Shown here piece by piece: positions 43,389 to 53,659 of a DNA stretch of 64,000 bases; the stretch's first letter is position 1; every line of letters begins with the position of its first letter. Origin of the DNA: Armatimonadota bacterium (GTDB taxonomy: Bacteria; Armatimonadota; SYMT01); NCBI GenBank assembly GCA_046292385.1, contig JBKBRF010000010.1, positions 32,001 through 96,000 on the forward strand, given 5' to 3'. The notes beneath the pieces are model-generated. The model ran no database searches, was not told the origin of the DNA, and worked only from the letters and a program-made list of their open reading frames with translations. A program made the position numbers and the translations under genes.

Positions 43389-45155
43389 GTGTCTCTCTCG
43401 AAGCTACGCCGTGCGTTCGTCCTACTCCTCGCGCTCTGCACATTCGGGGCTTATCCGCTTCCGGCTCAGGCCGAGATCCGCGAGGCGGAAGATTCACTCG
43501 TGGACCGCCGCGTGGAGCGACTACTCGGCTCCTTCGGCAATTCCAAGCTGGGCCTGCCGGCCAAGCTTCAGGACGACCGCTCAGTGTACTTGCTAATCAC
43601 CGCCGGCGGCGCGTTCGTGGAAGCGCTGGCACTTGCACGTCCCGCCATTCCCCCTCGGGACCTCGCCGCCGCCCTGGTGAGGTCGGCGGGGACTGAAGCG
43701 GGGACGACGCCAGTGGAGTGGTCGGCCGAGGAAGAATACTCCGCGGCCCGGCTGAAGGTGAGCACTGCCGGCTTCGGCAAGACTTCCGGAAGCTCCACGG
43801 CGCCGGTGGGCCGGCTCACGGCAGGTTTCAGAGCGGCGGGTTTCAGCCCGCACGTCCTCTTCCGCACCCCAAAGCACACAGAGGCCGGCGCGCTCGACTT
43901 TCCCTCAGCGGAGACTCGCAGCTTTCGGATGTACAACGCTTCCGCCGCCCGGCCAGATCTTCAATCCAGCGTACATGCGAGAATGTCAGGCGCGGATGTT
44001 CTCTCCATGCTGTTCTTCGTGGGGTTCGTGCCCGTGGTGGGAATCCTCGGCATGGCGACGGCCATCCTTCTTGCGCGGCGGGCAAGCCTTCCGATCGAAA
44101 CGCGGCGAAAGCTTTATCCCAAGCTCGCTGCCTTCCCTACCTTTATCGCCATCCTGCTCCACGCGCCGCTGACGTTCTTCTACCTGCAGTCTTCTTCGCC
44201 GCGCGTCGTGGTAGACCTCTGGTTCGGGACGTCGGGCGTCGTTGCGCTGGCACCTTTCCTGATGCTCCCCATCCTACCGATGGCACTACTTCTGCCGGTG
44301 AGTAATGCGGTAGAGCGAAAGCTGTTCGGCCCTGCCGAGGAGGTGGCTGCGGTTGAGCCGACGGCGGTTGAGAAGGAGACGGCGCGGCGCTTGATGGTCT
44401 GGTCAATCGTCCCCTCAGCTCTCGGGATCGCTCTCCTGTTGGGGCGTCATCTCTTCCTGCCGCGGAACAGTCCGCTGCAGACGGTCTGCATGGTGGCCGC
44501 GTTTGCCATCATCTTTCTCGGTCCACACGTAGTTCGCCGGCTGCTGCGCGTGGAGAACGCCACCGTCGAGGAAGCGGAGCCGGAGCTCCGGGAGCGGGTG
44601 GAGCGTCTCGCGGGGGAGATGGGCGTGCGGGTGCGGCAGGTAGTCGTAGACGTTAGCACTGCGGGGCGGACCTACGTGAGCGCTCTGGTGATGCTCAACG
44701 GGCGTATCGTGCTCTCGCGGAAACTGGTAGAGACGCTGTCTGAATCCGAGCAGGCTTTTATCCTCGCCCACGAGATGGCGCACCTCCGCCGCCAGCACAT
44801 TCCGCGGAGGCTCGCCCTCACTCTGGTCAGCGCGGCGATGTTCGTGCTTCCGATCAGTCTCGGGCTGATTGGCCGCTTCCCGTTGCCGAACGGGCTGATT
44901 CTCGTCAGCGGCCTCGGCGGGATGTTGCTGTACTTCGTCGGGACCCGCTGGCTGAGCCGCCGGCAGGAGCTGGAAGCCGACCGCCTGGCGGTAGAGACCA
45001 CGGGTGATCCCGTCGTGGCGGAGCGTGCCCTGCTCCTGATGATGCAGCACTCCCCACTGCCGTTCGTGCACGAAGTGGAGGATCTCTCCACACACCCGCG
45101 GCTCTCCCGCCGGCTGGAGCTTCTCCGCGCCGCCGGCAGCGCAGCGCCGAGGTAG
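43389..45155 (+). CDS. Multi-pass membrane M48 metallopeptidase
   Basis: HEMAH, ELEAD, STHP motifs; several TM segments. Confidence 0.85.
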   Translation: MSLSKLRRAFVLLLALCTFGAYPLPAQAEIREAEDSLVDRRVERLLGSFGNSKLGLPAKLQDDRSVYLLITAGGAFVEALALARPAIPPRDLAAALVRSAGTEAGTTPVEWSAEEEYSAARLKVSTAGFGKTSGSSTAPVGRLTAGFRAAGFSPHVLFRTPKHTEAGALDFPSAETRSFRMYNASAARPDLQSSVHARMSGADVLSMLFFVGFVPVVGILGMATAILLARRASLPIETRRKLYPKLAAFPTFIAILLHAPLTFFYLQSSSPRVVVDLWFGTSGVVALAPFLMLPILPMALLLPVSNAVERKLFGPAEEVAAVEPTAVEKETARRLMVWSIVPSALGIALLLGRHLFLPRNSPLQTVCMVAAFAIIFLGPHVVRRLLRVENATVEEAEPELRERVERLAGEMGVRVRQVVVDVSTAGRTYVSALVMLNGRIVLSRKLVETLSESEQAFILAHEMAHLRRQHIPRRLALTLVSAAMFVLPISLGLIGRFPLPNGLILVSGLGGMLLYFVGTRWLSRRQELEADRLAVETTGDPVVAERALLLMMQHSPLPFVHEVEDLSTHPRLSRRLELLRAAGSAAPR

Positions 45156-45176
45156 CAGGCCAATGGTACCCACCCC

Positions 45177-46064
45177 CTACCCCTTCAGCCCGCCGAGGGC
45201 GATGCCGTCTACGAAGTACCGCTGCGCCAGCAGGTAGACCACCAGCACGGGGAGCACCACGAACGAGGCGCCGGCCATCAGGAGCGGCCAGCTCATCACG
45301 TAGTGCCCGGCGGAGAGGGCGGAGATGGCGAGGGGCAGGGTGCGCATCTCGTCGCTCTTCACCACGATCAGCGGCCCGAGGAAGTCGTTCCACGCGCCCA
45401 GGAAGGTGAAGACGGCGAGGGTGGCGACCGCCGGCTTCGCCAGGGGGAGCATCACCTGCCAGAAGACCCGGTACTCGGTGGCGCCGTCGATCCGGGCGGC
45501 GTCGAGGTAGTCGTCCGGGATCGTCAGCATGTACTGCCGGAGAAAGAAGATCCCGAAGGCGCCGGCGAGGCCGGGGACCACCAGCCCGGGGTAGGTATCG
45601 AGCCAGGCGAGCTGCTTCAGGAGCAGGAAGGTGGGGATCATCGTCACCTGGTACGGGATCATCAGCGTCGCCAGGAGCCCCATGAAGAGGACGTTCCGGC
45701 CGCGGAACTCGTACTTGGCGAAGCCGAACGCCGCCAGGGAGTTGAGGAGCAGGCTCCCCACGGTGATGCAGACGCTCACCACCACGCTGTTGAAGAAGAA
45801 GCGGCCGAACGGGGCGATGGTCCACGCCGCCGGGTAGTTCTCCCAGCGCAGCGGCCAGGTGAAGAGCCGCGGCGGGAAGGCGAACGCCTCCGTGTCGGTG
45901 CGGAGCGAGGTGAGCACCATCCAGACGAACGGCAGGATCATCGCCAGGCCGCCGAGCATCAGCACGACCCACAGCACGCCCCGGCCGAGCTTCACCAGCG
46001 GCGAGCCGCCCGTGACGGCTCCCCCCTCGCCGCCGCGGGGCTGCAGGTGCTTCAACGTCTTCAC
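45177..46064 (-). CDS. Carbohydrate ABC transporter permease
   Basis: DAARIDGA loop, WNDFL. Confidence 0.92.
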   Translation of the reverse strand: MKTLKHLQPRGGEGGAVTGGSPLVKLGRGVLWVVLMLGGLAMILPFVWMVLTSLRTDTEAFAFPPRLFTWPLRWENYPAAWTIAPFGRFFFNSVVVSVCITVGSLLLNSLAAFGFAKYEFRGRNVLFMGLLATLMIPYQVTMIPTFLLLKQLAWLDTYPGLVVPGLAGAFGIFFLRQYMLTIPDDYLDAARIDGATEYRVFWQVMLPLAKPAVATLAVFTFLGAWNDFLGPLIVVKSDEMRTLPLAISALSAGHYVMSWPLLMAGASFVVLPVLVVYLLAQRYFVDGIALGGLKG

Positions 46065-46942
46065 TGCCACGTCTTCAGCCTCCGCTCGTAGAAGTGTCGC
46101 TGGAGCAGCGTGAGGACCAGGATGATCACGAAGAGGAGCACCGCCATCGCGGAGGCGTAGCCCATCTCCAGGTTCCGGAAGGCGCTCTGCCACAGGTAGA
46201 AGAGGTAGACGCGGGTGCGGTCGAGCGGCCCGCCGTTGGTCATGATGTAAACGCTCTGGAAGACCTGGAACCCGCCGATCATCCCCATCATCGTGAGGAA
46301 CATGGTGGTCGGCGTGAGCAGCGGCCAGGTCACGAATTTGAAGGTCTGCCAGCCGCCGGCGCCGTCGATCTTCGCCGCCTCGTGCACCTCCTCCGGGATC
46401 GAGCGCAGCCCCGCCAGGTAGATCAGCACCCCGAAACCGAGGCCGTGCCACACGCCGACCGCCGCCACGGAGGGCATCGCCAGGTTCGGATCGCTGAGCC
46501 ACCCGGGGCCGGCGAAGCCGAGCCAGCGCAGCCCGGCGTTGATCAGGCCGTACTCCGGATTGAGCAGCCACTCCCAGACGAAGGCGACGGCCGCCAGGCT
46601 GGTGACGTGCGGCAGGAAGTAGATGGCGCGGGCGAAGGAGCGGCCGACAAACCACTTCTGGTGCAGCGTCACCGCGATGGCGAGGGAGAGCGCCAGGCTG
46701 GTCGGCAGCGTGAGCAGCACGTAGATCGCGGTGTTCAGCAGGGTCGACCAGACCAGCGGGTCGTCCTTCAGCCGCGCGTAGTTCTCCACCCCGATGTAGC
46801 GCGGGGAGCCGATCGCGTCGAACTGGGTGAAGCTGAGCGCGATTCCCCAGAGGCACGGGATCACCACGAACATGCCGATGATCAGCAGCGCCGGGGCGAC
46901 GAACTCCCACCCCCACGCCTGCTGCGTGCGCCGCGGCTTCAT
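46061..46942 (-). CDS. Carbohydrate ABC transporter permease
   Basis: EAAKIDGAG, MGYASA. Confidence 0.92.
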   Translation of the reverse strand: MKPRRTQQAWGWEFVAPALLIIGMFVVIPCLWGIALSFTQFDAIGSPRYIGVENYARLKDDPLVWSTLLNTAIYVLLTLPTSLALSLAIAVTLHQKWFVGRSFARAIYFLPHVTSLAAVAFVWEWLLNPEYGLINAGLRWLGFAGPGWLSDPNLAMPSVAAVGVWHGLGFGVLIYLAGLRSIPEEVHEAAKIDGAGGWQTFKFVTWPLLTPTTMFLTMMGMIGGFQVFQSVYIMTNGGPLDRTRVYLFYLWQSAFRNLEMGYASAMAVLLFVIILVLTLLQRHFYERRLKTWQ

Positions 46943-48336
46943 TGCGCCTCTCCCTCGGGCGCCTCTCCCGGCGGCGTCTCGCCCCGCGCGATCGCCTCGG
47001 ACCGCTTCATCTTCGCGATCTCCGTATTGATCTTCTCCGCCGCGGTCCGCAGCGCCACGGCGGGGTCGACCTTCTCCAGCAGGGCACGATCGACCGCCTC
47101 CTGCAGGTGGAGCATCATGCGGTCGCTGTACGGGTTACAGAACTCCACCGTCGTCCAGCCCTGCTCCAGCACCTGCGGGATCCAGCCGCACTTCTCCTCG
47201 AACTCCTCCGCGGTGTCGATGCCGGGGATCTTGCCCTCCGCGCCCGTCACCTCCCGGAACTTCGGAGAGCGCAGGGCGGACCACCGCGCGGGCGGCGCCA
47301 CCCACAGGAACTGCCAGTACTTCTCCAGCGCCTCTTTGCTGCTCAGGAACTTCGCGAGCTTCCAGGCCGCCTCCGGGTGCTTCGTGTCGCGGCTCAGCGC
47401 CCAGTAGCAGGAGGTGCTGACCGAGCTGGCGTGCTTCCCCCGCGGCACCGGCGCCACGCCGAAGCGGAGGCGCGGCGCGTTCTTCTTGAGGGAGGGGGTG
47501 CGCCAGCTTCCGTCGATATACATCGCCACCTTGCCGGCCTCGAAGAACTTATCCGGCCCAAGACCGCCGCGTTGGGAGTTGGTCCGCGTCAGCGTGTAGC
47601 TCTGCATCAGGCTGCGGTAGAAGCTCAGCGCCTCCGCCGCCTCCGGGCTATCGAGGGTGGAGCGCTCGCCGTCCTCGGACCAGAACTTGCCGCCGGCCTG
47701 GTAAACGAACGGCCGGAACGTGGCGGCGCCCCAGGCGAAGTCGATCCCCACCACGTCCGCGTGGCCGTCTCCGTCGCGGTCCTTGGTCAGCTTCTTCGCG
47801 GCATCGTGGAGCTGCTTCCAGGTCCAGGTGGAGTCCGGATAGAAGATCCCGGCCTCGTCGAACAGGTCCTTGTTGAAGTAGAGCCCCTGGATGTTGATGT
47901 CCTGGGGAATGCCGTAGGTCTCCCCGTTGTACTTCAGGCTCTCCCAGAGGATCGGGATGAAGTCGCTCCGGTCGACCCCGTCCGGCCCGTCGATGAACCG
48001 GTCGAGCGGCAGGTTCAGCCCCCGCCGGAACCAGCCCATCGTCGACTCGATGTTCAGCCGGATCACGTCCGGCGCGATGCCGCCCGCGTGGGAGAGGAGG
48101 ATGCGGCTGTTGTAGTCCTCGAAGTGGTGGAAGCGGACGCGGAAGCCGGGGTTCTGCCGCTCGAACTCCGGGATGTAGACCTTGGTGTAGAGGTCGTTCT
48201 CCCACGGCATCCCCCAGACGCTCATCTCCAGGTGGATCTCGCGCCCACCGCCCGGCGCGGCCGCGGGAGCATTCCCCGTCAGGAGGAGGCGCAGGATCAG
48301 GAGCGCCAGCGCTCCCAGGGTCAACAGGCGGATCAT
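46939..48336 (-). CDS. Sugar ABC transporter substrate-binding protein
   Basis: APDV, YGIP, LYFNKDLFDEAG, GKVAM. Confidence 0.9.
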   Translation of the reverse strand: MIRLLTLGALALLILRLLLTGNAPAAAPGGGREIHLEMSVWGMPWENDLYTKVYIPEFERQNPGFRVRFHHFEDYNSRILLSHAGGIAPDVIRLNIESTMGWFRRGLNLPLDRFIDGPDGVDRSDFIPILWESLKYNGETYGIPQDINIQGLYFNKDLFDEAGIFYPDSTWTWKQLHDAAKKLTKDRDGDGHADVVGIDFAWGAATFRPFVYQAGGKFWSEDGERSTLDSPEAAEALSFYRSLMQSYTLTRTNSQRGGLGPDKFFEAGKVAMYIDGSWRTPSLKKNAPRLRFGVAPVPRGKHASSVSTSCYWALSRDTKHPEAAWKLAKFLSSKEALEKYWQFLWVAPPARWSALRSPKFREVTGAEGKIPGIDTAEEFEEKCGWIPQVLEQGWTTVEFCNPYSDRMMLHLQEAVDRALLEKVDPAVALRTAAEKINTEIAKMKRSEAIARGETPPGEAPEGEAQ

Positions 48337-48565
48337 CGTCCGTTTCTCCGGGCTCCCCTGCCGGACTTCAGCGGAGACAGGCAGCGGGCTGGCGACGCCA
48401 GACCGCCCGGCAGGAGTCCCTCCCTTTTGGCTCTCGATCGATGAGTCTCCTTGTTATCGTGCCTGTACGTGCGCCGCGCGGCCAGTTCGAGGGCAGGAAG
48501 CGCCCCCCTCGGCTCCGAAGCAGGGAGAGAGAGACCGAACGGGATTTGGCAGAGGAGATGACCGG

Positions 48566-49015
48566 ATGGAACCGGATTACGAGGCGATGCTGCAGGTCGC
48601 CATCGAAGAGGCGCGGCTCGGATTGGCGGAAGGCGGTATCCCGATCGGCGCCGCCCTCTTCAAGGCGGACGGCACCCTGCTCGGCCGGGGCCACAACCGC
48701 CGGGTGCAGGAGGGCGACCCCTCCGTCCACGGCGAGACCGACGCCTTCCGCAAGGCGGGTCGCCAGCGGAGCTACCGGGACAAGATCATGGTCACGACGC
48801 TTGCCCCGTGCTGGTACTGCAGCGGCCTGGTACGGCAGTTCGGCATCGGGACGGTGGTGGTCGGCGAGTCGGTCACCTTCCAGGGCGGGATCGACTGGCT
48901 CCGAGAGCTCGGCGTCCGCGTGATCGACCTCCACTCCGAGGAGTGCGTAAGGATGCTCGGCGACTACATCGCCGCCCACCCCGAGGTCTGGAACGAGGAC
49001 ATCGGAGAGGAGTAG
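48566..49015 (+). CDS. Nucleoside/cytosine deaminase (CDA fold)
   Basis: HGE and PCWYC zinc motifs, WNEDIG. Confidence 0.9.
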   Translation: MEPDYEAMLQVAIEEARLGLAEGGIPIGAALFKADGTLLGRGHNRRVQEGDPSVHGETDAFRKAGRQRSYRDKIMVTTLAPCWYCSGLVRQFGIGTVVVGESVTFQGGIDWLRELGVRVIDLHSEECVRMLGDYIAAHPEVWNEDIGEE

Positions 49016-49268
49016 GGGCCCGAGCCACCGGGCGGTTGAAACCACGGCAACAACAGCACGAAGTCCGCCTTCGCGGACTCAGGTGGGCTTGAGTCGGGCG
49101 TCCGGAGGACGCGTGGCCGCAGGCCGACGAGCGAGGTATTTTAATGCCTCGCTCGCCCGCCGGATGCGGAACAGCCCTGCGGCGCACCCGAAGAGCCTCC
49201 CGCCCGGCACGATCTACCGCCAGGCGGTACGGGCCCGCCGCTACGCAATACGCAGCACGGAATACGTC

Positions 49269-50375
49269 CTACTGCACCTGCATCGGCATTACGACCATCA
49301 GGTAGTCCTCGCCGTCGACGGGGCGCACCACGGCGGGGCTCAGCGGCTCGCTCAGCTCCAGGAAGACGCCGTGGCTCTCCACCACACCCAGGACGTCGAG
49401 CAGGTAGTTGACGTTGAACGCGATGGCGATCTCGTCGCCCTCGCGCGCCACCTCTACCTCTTCGTGGGCCCGGCCCAGCTCGCCGTCCGCGGTCACCAGC
49501 AGGCTCTCGCCCTCGGCGGCCACCACCACCCGGTCCTTCGCGGCGGCGGCTCGGGCGACGATGCGCGCGCGGCGGAGCGCCGACTGGAAGTCTTCCCGCT
49601 CCACCGTCAGGCGGCGGGTGTAGCCGGAGGGGATCACCCGCTCGTAGCGGGGGAACTGCCCCTCGATCAGGCGGGAGATCAGGATCATCGTCTCGGTGCG
49701 GAACTGGATCTGGTTCTGGTCTACGCGCACGTGGAGCGGCTTCTCGCCGTCGTCCGCCAGCACCCGCATCAGCTCGTTCATCGCGCGGACCGGGACGATC
49801 ACCGTGGTGTCGCCGCTCGCTTCGGTCACCTTCGCGGTCCGCACCGCCAGCCGGTGGGTATCGGTCGCCGCCAGCCGCAGGGTGCCGTCCTGCACGATGA
49901 AGCAGACGCCAGTGAGGATCGGGCGGGTGTCGTCGTCGGAGGCGGCGAGCGCGGTCTGCCGGATCATGTCCTTCATCAGGGGCTGCGGAAGCTGCAGCGT
50001 CACCGCGCCGCCCACCTCCGGCAGCGCGGGGAAGTCCTCCGCGGTCAGGCCGTGGATCCGGTACTCGGAGCGGAGGCAGCAGATCAGCAGGTTGTCCTGG
50101 TCGTCGCCCGCCAGAGAGACGTCCGCCTCCGGCAGCGCGCCCACGATCTCGCCGATCGTCTTCGCCGGGACGGTCAGGGAGCCGGGCTCCTGCACCCGCG
50201 CGGGCACCAGCACCTCCACTCCCAGCTCCAGGTCGGTCGCGGAGAGCTTGATCGAGTCGGTGCCCGCCTCGATCAAGACGTTCTTCAGCACCGGCAGCGT
50301 GGTGTGGGTGGAGACGGCGCGGCTGACGACCTGCAGTCCTTCGAAGAGATCCTTACGCGGGATCGTGAGCTTCAT
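49269..50375 (-). CDS. dnaN: DNA polymerase III beta sliding clamp
   Basis: ATDLE, RPILTG, ATDTHRL, LIEGQFP.Y, FNVNYL, VVMPM. Confidence 0.96.
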   Translation of the reverse strand: MKLTIPRKDLFEGLQVVSRAVSTHTTLPVLKNVLIEAGTDSIKLSATDLELGVEVLVPARVQEPGSLTVPAKTIGEIVGALPEADVSLAGDDQDNLLICCLRSEYRIHGLTAEDFPALPEVGGAVTLQLPQPLMKDMIRQTALAASDDDTRPILTGVCFIVQDGTLRLAATDTHRLAVRTAKVTEASGDTTVIVPVRAMNELMRVLADDGEKPLHVRVDQNQIQFRTETMILISRLIEGQFPRYERVIPSGYTRRLTVEREDFQSALRRARIVARAAAAKDRVVVAAEGESLLVTADGELGRAHEEVEVAREGDEIAIAFNVNYLLDVLGVVESHGVFLELSEPLSPAVVRPVDGEDYLMVVMPMQVQ

Positions 50376-50447
50376 AATCTAACCTCCGTAGAGTGGATGA
50401 CCGGATGAAGGGGCCCTCGGAGAGGGCGGGGTGTGGGGCAGAAGGGG

Positions 50448-50732
50448 CTATTCCCGGATCCCGAGGACCAGCTGTCCCGGCGCTTCCGGCTCCCGCTCCG
50501 AGAGGTCCAGCTCCCGGCGCAGGTGAGCGAAGGCGGCCTGGAGGAACGCCTCACCGGGCTCGGGCTGCGCCTGGGCGGAGGTGAGGAGCTGGAGCGCCAC
50601 GCGGACCGTCTCCACCTCGTCCCGGCACGCAGAGCACCGCAGGAGGTGACGCTGGATGCGGTCGCAGAGCTCCTCCGGGAGCTCGCCGTCCAGGTAGTTC
50701 CCGGCCAGCGCCTGAATATCCGCGCACTTCAT
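50448..50732 (-). CDS. Soluble zf-HC2 anti-sigma factor
   Basis: YLDGEL, HLLRCSAC (HxxxCxxC); overlaps the sigma stop; no TM helix. Confidence 0.85.
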   Translation of the reverse strand: MKCADIQALAGNYLDGELPEELCDRIQRHLLRCSACRDEVETVRVALQLLTSAQAQPEPGEAFLQAAFAHLRRELDLSEREPEAPGQLVLGIRE

Positions 50733-51289
50733 GCCTCGTCCTCCTCGTCCGCGCGCTCCAGGCTCTGAAGCGCGTCCCGCAGCGCCCGGCGGGCCCGCTG
50801 GTGGAGGGAGCGGAAAGCGGTTTCCCCCTTTCCCACCACCTCCGCGGCCTCTCTGGCGGAGAGGCCCTGCACGTCCCGCAGGATCAGCGCCACGCGGTAC
50901 TCCTCCGGCAGCCGGTCCAGCGCCTGCTCCACCAGGATCCGCACGGAAGTGCGGTCCATCTGGTCCGCCGGCGTCAGGAGCGCGGAGGCGTCTCCCACTT
51001 CGTCCAGCGGCAGCGTCAGCACGCGGGGCCGGCGCAGCCGGTCCAGGCACAGGTTCCGGGCAATGCGGAGCAGCCAGGTCTCGAAGCCGCCCTGGAGGTC
51101 CGGCGCGAAGCGGAAGGCGCGCAGGAACGTGTCCGTCACCACCTCTTCCGCTTCTTCCCGGCTCCGGAGCAGCGCGTAGGCGAGTCCGAAGACCCGGTTC
51201 ACGTACCTCCGGAACAGCAGCTCCAGCGCCGCCGCGTCCCCCTGCCGGATCCGCTCGACCCAGTACTCCTCACCACAGCCGGGGATCAT
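50729..51289 (-). CDS. ECF sigma factor
   Basis: AEEVVTDTF, WLLRIARNLCLD, LPEEYR..LILR. Confidence 0.9.
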   Translation of the reverse strand: MIPGCGEEYWVERIRQGDAAALELLFRRYVNRVFGLAYALLRSREEAEEVVTDTFLRAFRFAPDLQGGFETWLLRIARNLCLDRLRRPRVLTLPLDEVGDASALLTPADQMDRTSVRILVEQALDRLPEEYRVALILRDVQGLSAREAAEVVGKGETAFRSLHQRARRALRDALQSLERADEEDEA

Positions 51290-51490
51290 CGGTCCCCTGC
51301 CCTACACCAGGCCAGACGTACGTGGAGCTGGAAATGCATCGCGACTTTCGGAGACTCTTTTCCCAGGAGGGAAGCGCCGCCGGAGAGGGGTGCCGGGGGC
51401 GAGGGAATCCTACCCCACCCGAGGGAGACTCGCCAAACGCGGTGGAGGAGGAAGAAGGGGCAACCGGTGCCAGTCCGTTGAGCGGCGGTT

Positions 51491-51695
51491 TCCGAACGAA
51501 CGGGAAGGCGCGAACAAAGGGGAGGACGCGAAGCTCGGATGGGGAAGCGGTGGCCCGCGCGCGAGTGAACTCGGCGCTACACAAAGCGAAGCCCGCCTGC
51601 GCGGGCTGGGAACCCGGTACCCGACGCTCCTCAGTTCCCCGGTCAGGTTCCCTTCGCGTCCTTCGCGTGACTTCGCGCCTTCGCGTTCGTTCGGA
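51491..51695. repeat. Nested repeat: inverted CTTCGCG-type arms enclosing a REP hairpin
   Basis: TCCGAACGAACGGGAAGGCGCGAA at 51491 pairs with TTCGCGCCTTCGCGTTCGTTCGGA near 51695. Confidence 0.65.
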
Positions 51696-51710
51696 TTCGT
51701 CCCCAGCGTG

Positions 51711-52163
51711 CTACTTCGGCCGGGCGAGCTGGAAGGTGCCGACGTACCCCTCGCTGGTATAGAAGCCGAGGAACTCTTTCTCGTTGGCGCGGCCGATCCA
51801 GTCGTAAACGCCGCCGTCCTTCGGGCCGAGGTCGACCGTCCCCTTGAAGAGCACCGCGCCCCCGGCCTGGCGGCCGGCCATCTTGATGCGGTACTTGTAC
51901 GGCTGCCCGGCCTCGCCTTCGAAGGTCGCATCCCACTCGCCTGGCTTCGACTCTTCGACCTTGCAGGTGAGCGGCAGGCGGATCGCGGCTTCGGGGCGCT
52001 TGGGGGCGCCCTCGGGCGCGTAGAGACCCCAGGTGCCGGTCCAGTCGCCGGCGATGGCGGGCGCCTTCGGCTGCGGCTTCTCCTGGCCGAGCCCGTAGGC
52101 GGCGGCTCCGGCCGCGGTGCTCAACGCGACGGCCGCCAGCAAGATCGTTCGACGCATCGTCAT
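51711..52163 (-). CDS. Secreted hypothetical protein
   Basis: Signal peptide; IAGDWTGTW beta-rich domain. Confidence 0.7.
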   Translation of the reverse strand: MTMRRTILLAAVALSTAAGAAAYGLGQEKPQPKAPAIAGDWTGTWGLYAPEGAPKRPEAAIRLPLTCKVEESKPGEWDATFEGEAGQPYKYRIKMAGRQAGGAVLFKGTVDLGPKDGGVYDWIGRANEKEFLGFYTSEGYVGTFQLARPK

Positions 52164-52294
52164 CCCCCTCTCTTACCCCGCCGCTGCAGGCTGTTTTCAG
52201 AACCCCACGTCGAAGGGACGGAGCCTGGAAAAGTCCGGCCCCGTCCCCACGAGACCTACACCCTACCCCCTAAACCCTACGCCCTCGCGAAGCG

Positions 52295-53563
52295 TCAGCG
52301 AGCCTTCACGTCGTAGCAGAGCATGAAGTCCTGGTCGCGCAGGAGCAGCTTGCCGCCGGCGATCACCGGGTGAGCCCAGGCGTTCTTGTTCGACCGCTGC
52401 GGCTCGAAGCGGCCCTTCTCCACATACTGGCTCGGGTTCGCCTCCACCAGCGCCACCGGGCCGCTCTGGCTGCGGCAGTAGAGGTTACCGTCCGCGTAGA
52501 CCACGGAGCCGTTCCCGCCGACGCTGCGGTTCTGCCACTTCGTCTCGCCGGTCTTGAACTCCACACACGTCAGGGTGCCGGGATCGTCGAAGCCGTAGAG
52601 GTATCCGTCGACCAGCACCATGCCGCCGTGCTTGTTCTTCATGTCGCGGGTGAAGTAGACCTCTTCCGCGGAGACCCCATTCGGGGTGCGCGCCAGCTTC
52701 ACCAGCCCGCCCCCCACGTTGTACGCGGCGGCGGCGAAGAGCATGTTGTCCTGGAAGACCGGCGTGGCGATGTTCGCCGTACCGCTGGCCGGGCGGTTGT
52801 AGCGCCAGAGGAAGCGGCCGTCCTCCGCGGCCACGCCCACCACGCCGCCGTGCAGGAACTGGATGTACTGCCGCACGCCGTCCACCTCGGCCGCAATGGC
52901 GGAGGCGTAGTGGGCGGGGTCGCCCTGGGGCACCTGCGACCGCCAGATCACGTTCCCGCTGTTGCGGTCGAGCGCCACCAGGGTCGCCTGCGGGCCGCCC
53001 GGGGTGACGATCACCTTCTGACCGTCGACCAGCGGCGACTCGCTGTAGCCCCAGTTGGGCACCGCGCCGCCGAATTCTCGCACCAGGTTCTTCTGCCAGA
53101 CCGGCTTGCCGTCGGCGGTATTCAGACAGACGACGTCGCCGCTCACCCCGAGGACGTAGAGGCGGTTGCCGACGACGGTGGGAGTGGAGCGAGAGCCTTC
53201 GCCATAGCCGACGTCGTGGTTCGCGGCGGCAATGCGGGTGCTCCAGACCGGCTGCCCGGTGCGCTCGTCCAGCGCCCACACCACCTCGTCATCGCCGCGG
53301 TAGCCCATGCCGTAGATCCGGCCGCCGGCCACCGAGGGGGTCGCGTAGCCGCCGCCGAGACCCTCGGACTTCCAGAGCAGTCGAGGGCCGCCCTGCGGCC
53401 AGCTCTTCAGGAGACCGGTCTCCCGGGAGATCCCGTCGCGGTTGGGGCCGCGCCACTGTGCCCATTCTCCGCCGCGCTCCTGGGCAGAGACGGCGACGGC
53501 GGCGGCGCTGAGGGCCGTGAGCAGAAGGACCCGGCGGGTCAGGGGCGCAGAGCGGAGGGTCAT
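52295..53563 (-). CDS. Secreted PQQ-binding-like beta-propeller protein
   Basis: EWAQWRGPNRDG, SESP, WAHPVI. Confidence 0.88.
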   Translation of the reverse strand: MTLRSAPLTRRVLLLTALSAAAVAVSAQERGGEWAQWRGPNRDGISRETGLLKSWPQGGPRLLWKSEGLGGGYATPSVAGGRIYGMGYRGDDEVVWALDERTGQPVWSTRIAAANHDVGYGEGSRSTPTVVGNRLYVLGVSGDVVCLNTADGKPVWQKNLVREFGGAVPNWGYSESPLVDGQKVIVTPGGPQATLVALDRNSGNVIWRSQVPQGDPAHYASAIAAEVDGVRQYIQFLHGGVVGVAAEDGRFLWRYNRPASGTANIATPVFQDNMLFAAAAYNVGGGLVKLARTPNGVSAEEVYFTRDMKNKHGGMVLVDGYLYGFDDPGTLTCVEFKTGETKWQNRSVGGNGSVVYADGNLYCRSQSGPVALVEANPSQYVEKGRFEPQRSNKNAWAHPVIAGGKLLLRDQDFMLCYDVKAR

Positions 53564-53659
53564 GAGGTTCTCTCTCCTGAGGAGTGTTAGAGGTGGGACG
53601 CGTGCGGCTTCTCCGTCGTTCGGTCGTCCGGCGGGCCGTCCGGTTGCAGGAATCTTTTG

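Noticed and set aside
50376..50447. oriC or DnaA boxes beside dnaN
   Set aside because: Only one two-mismatch 9-mer, no AT-rich unwinding region and no dnaA.
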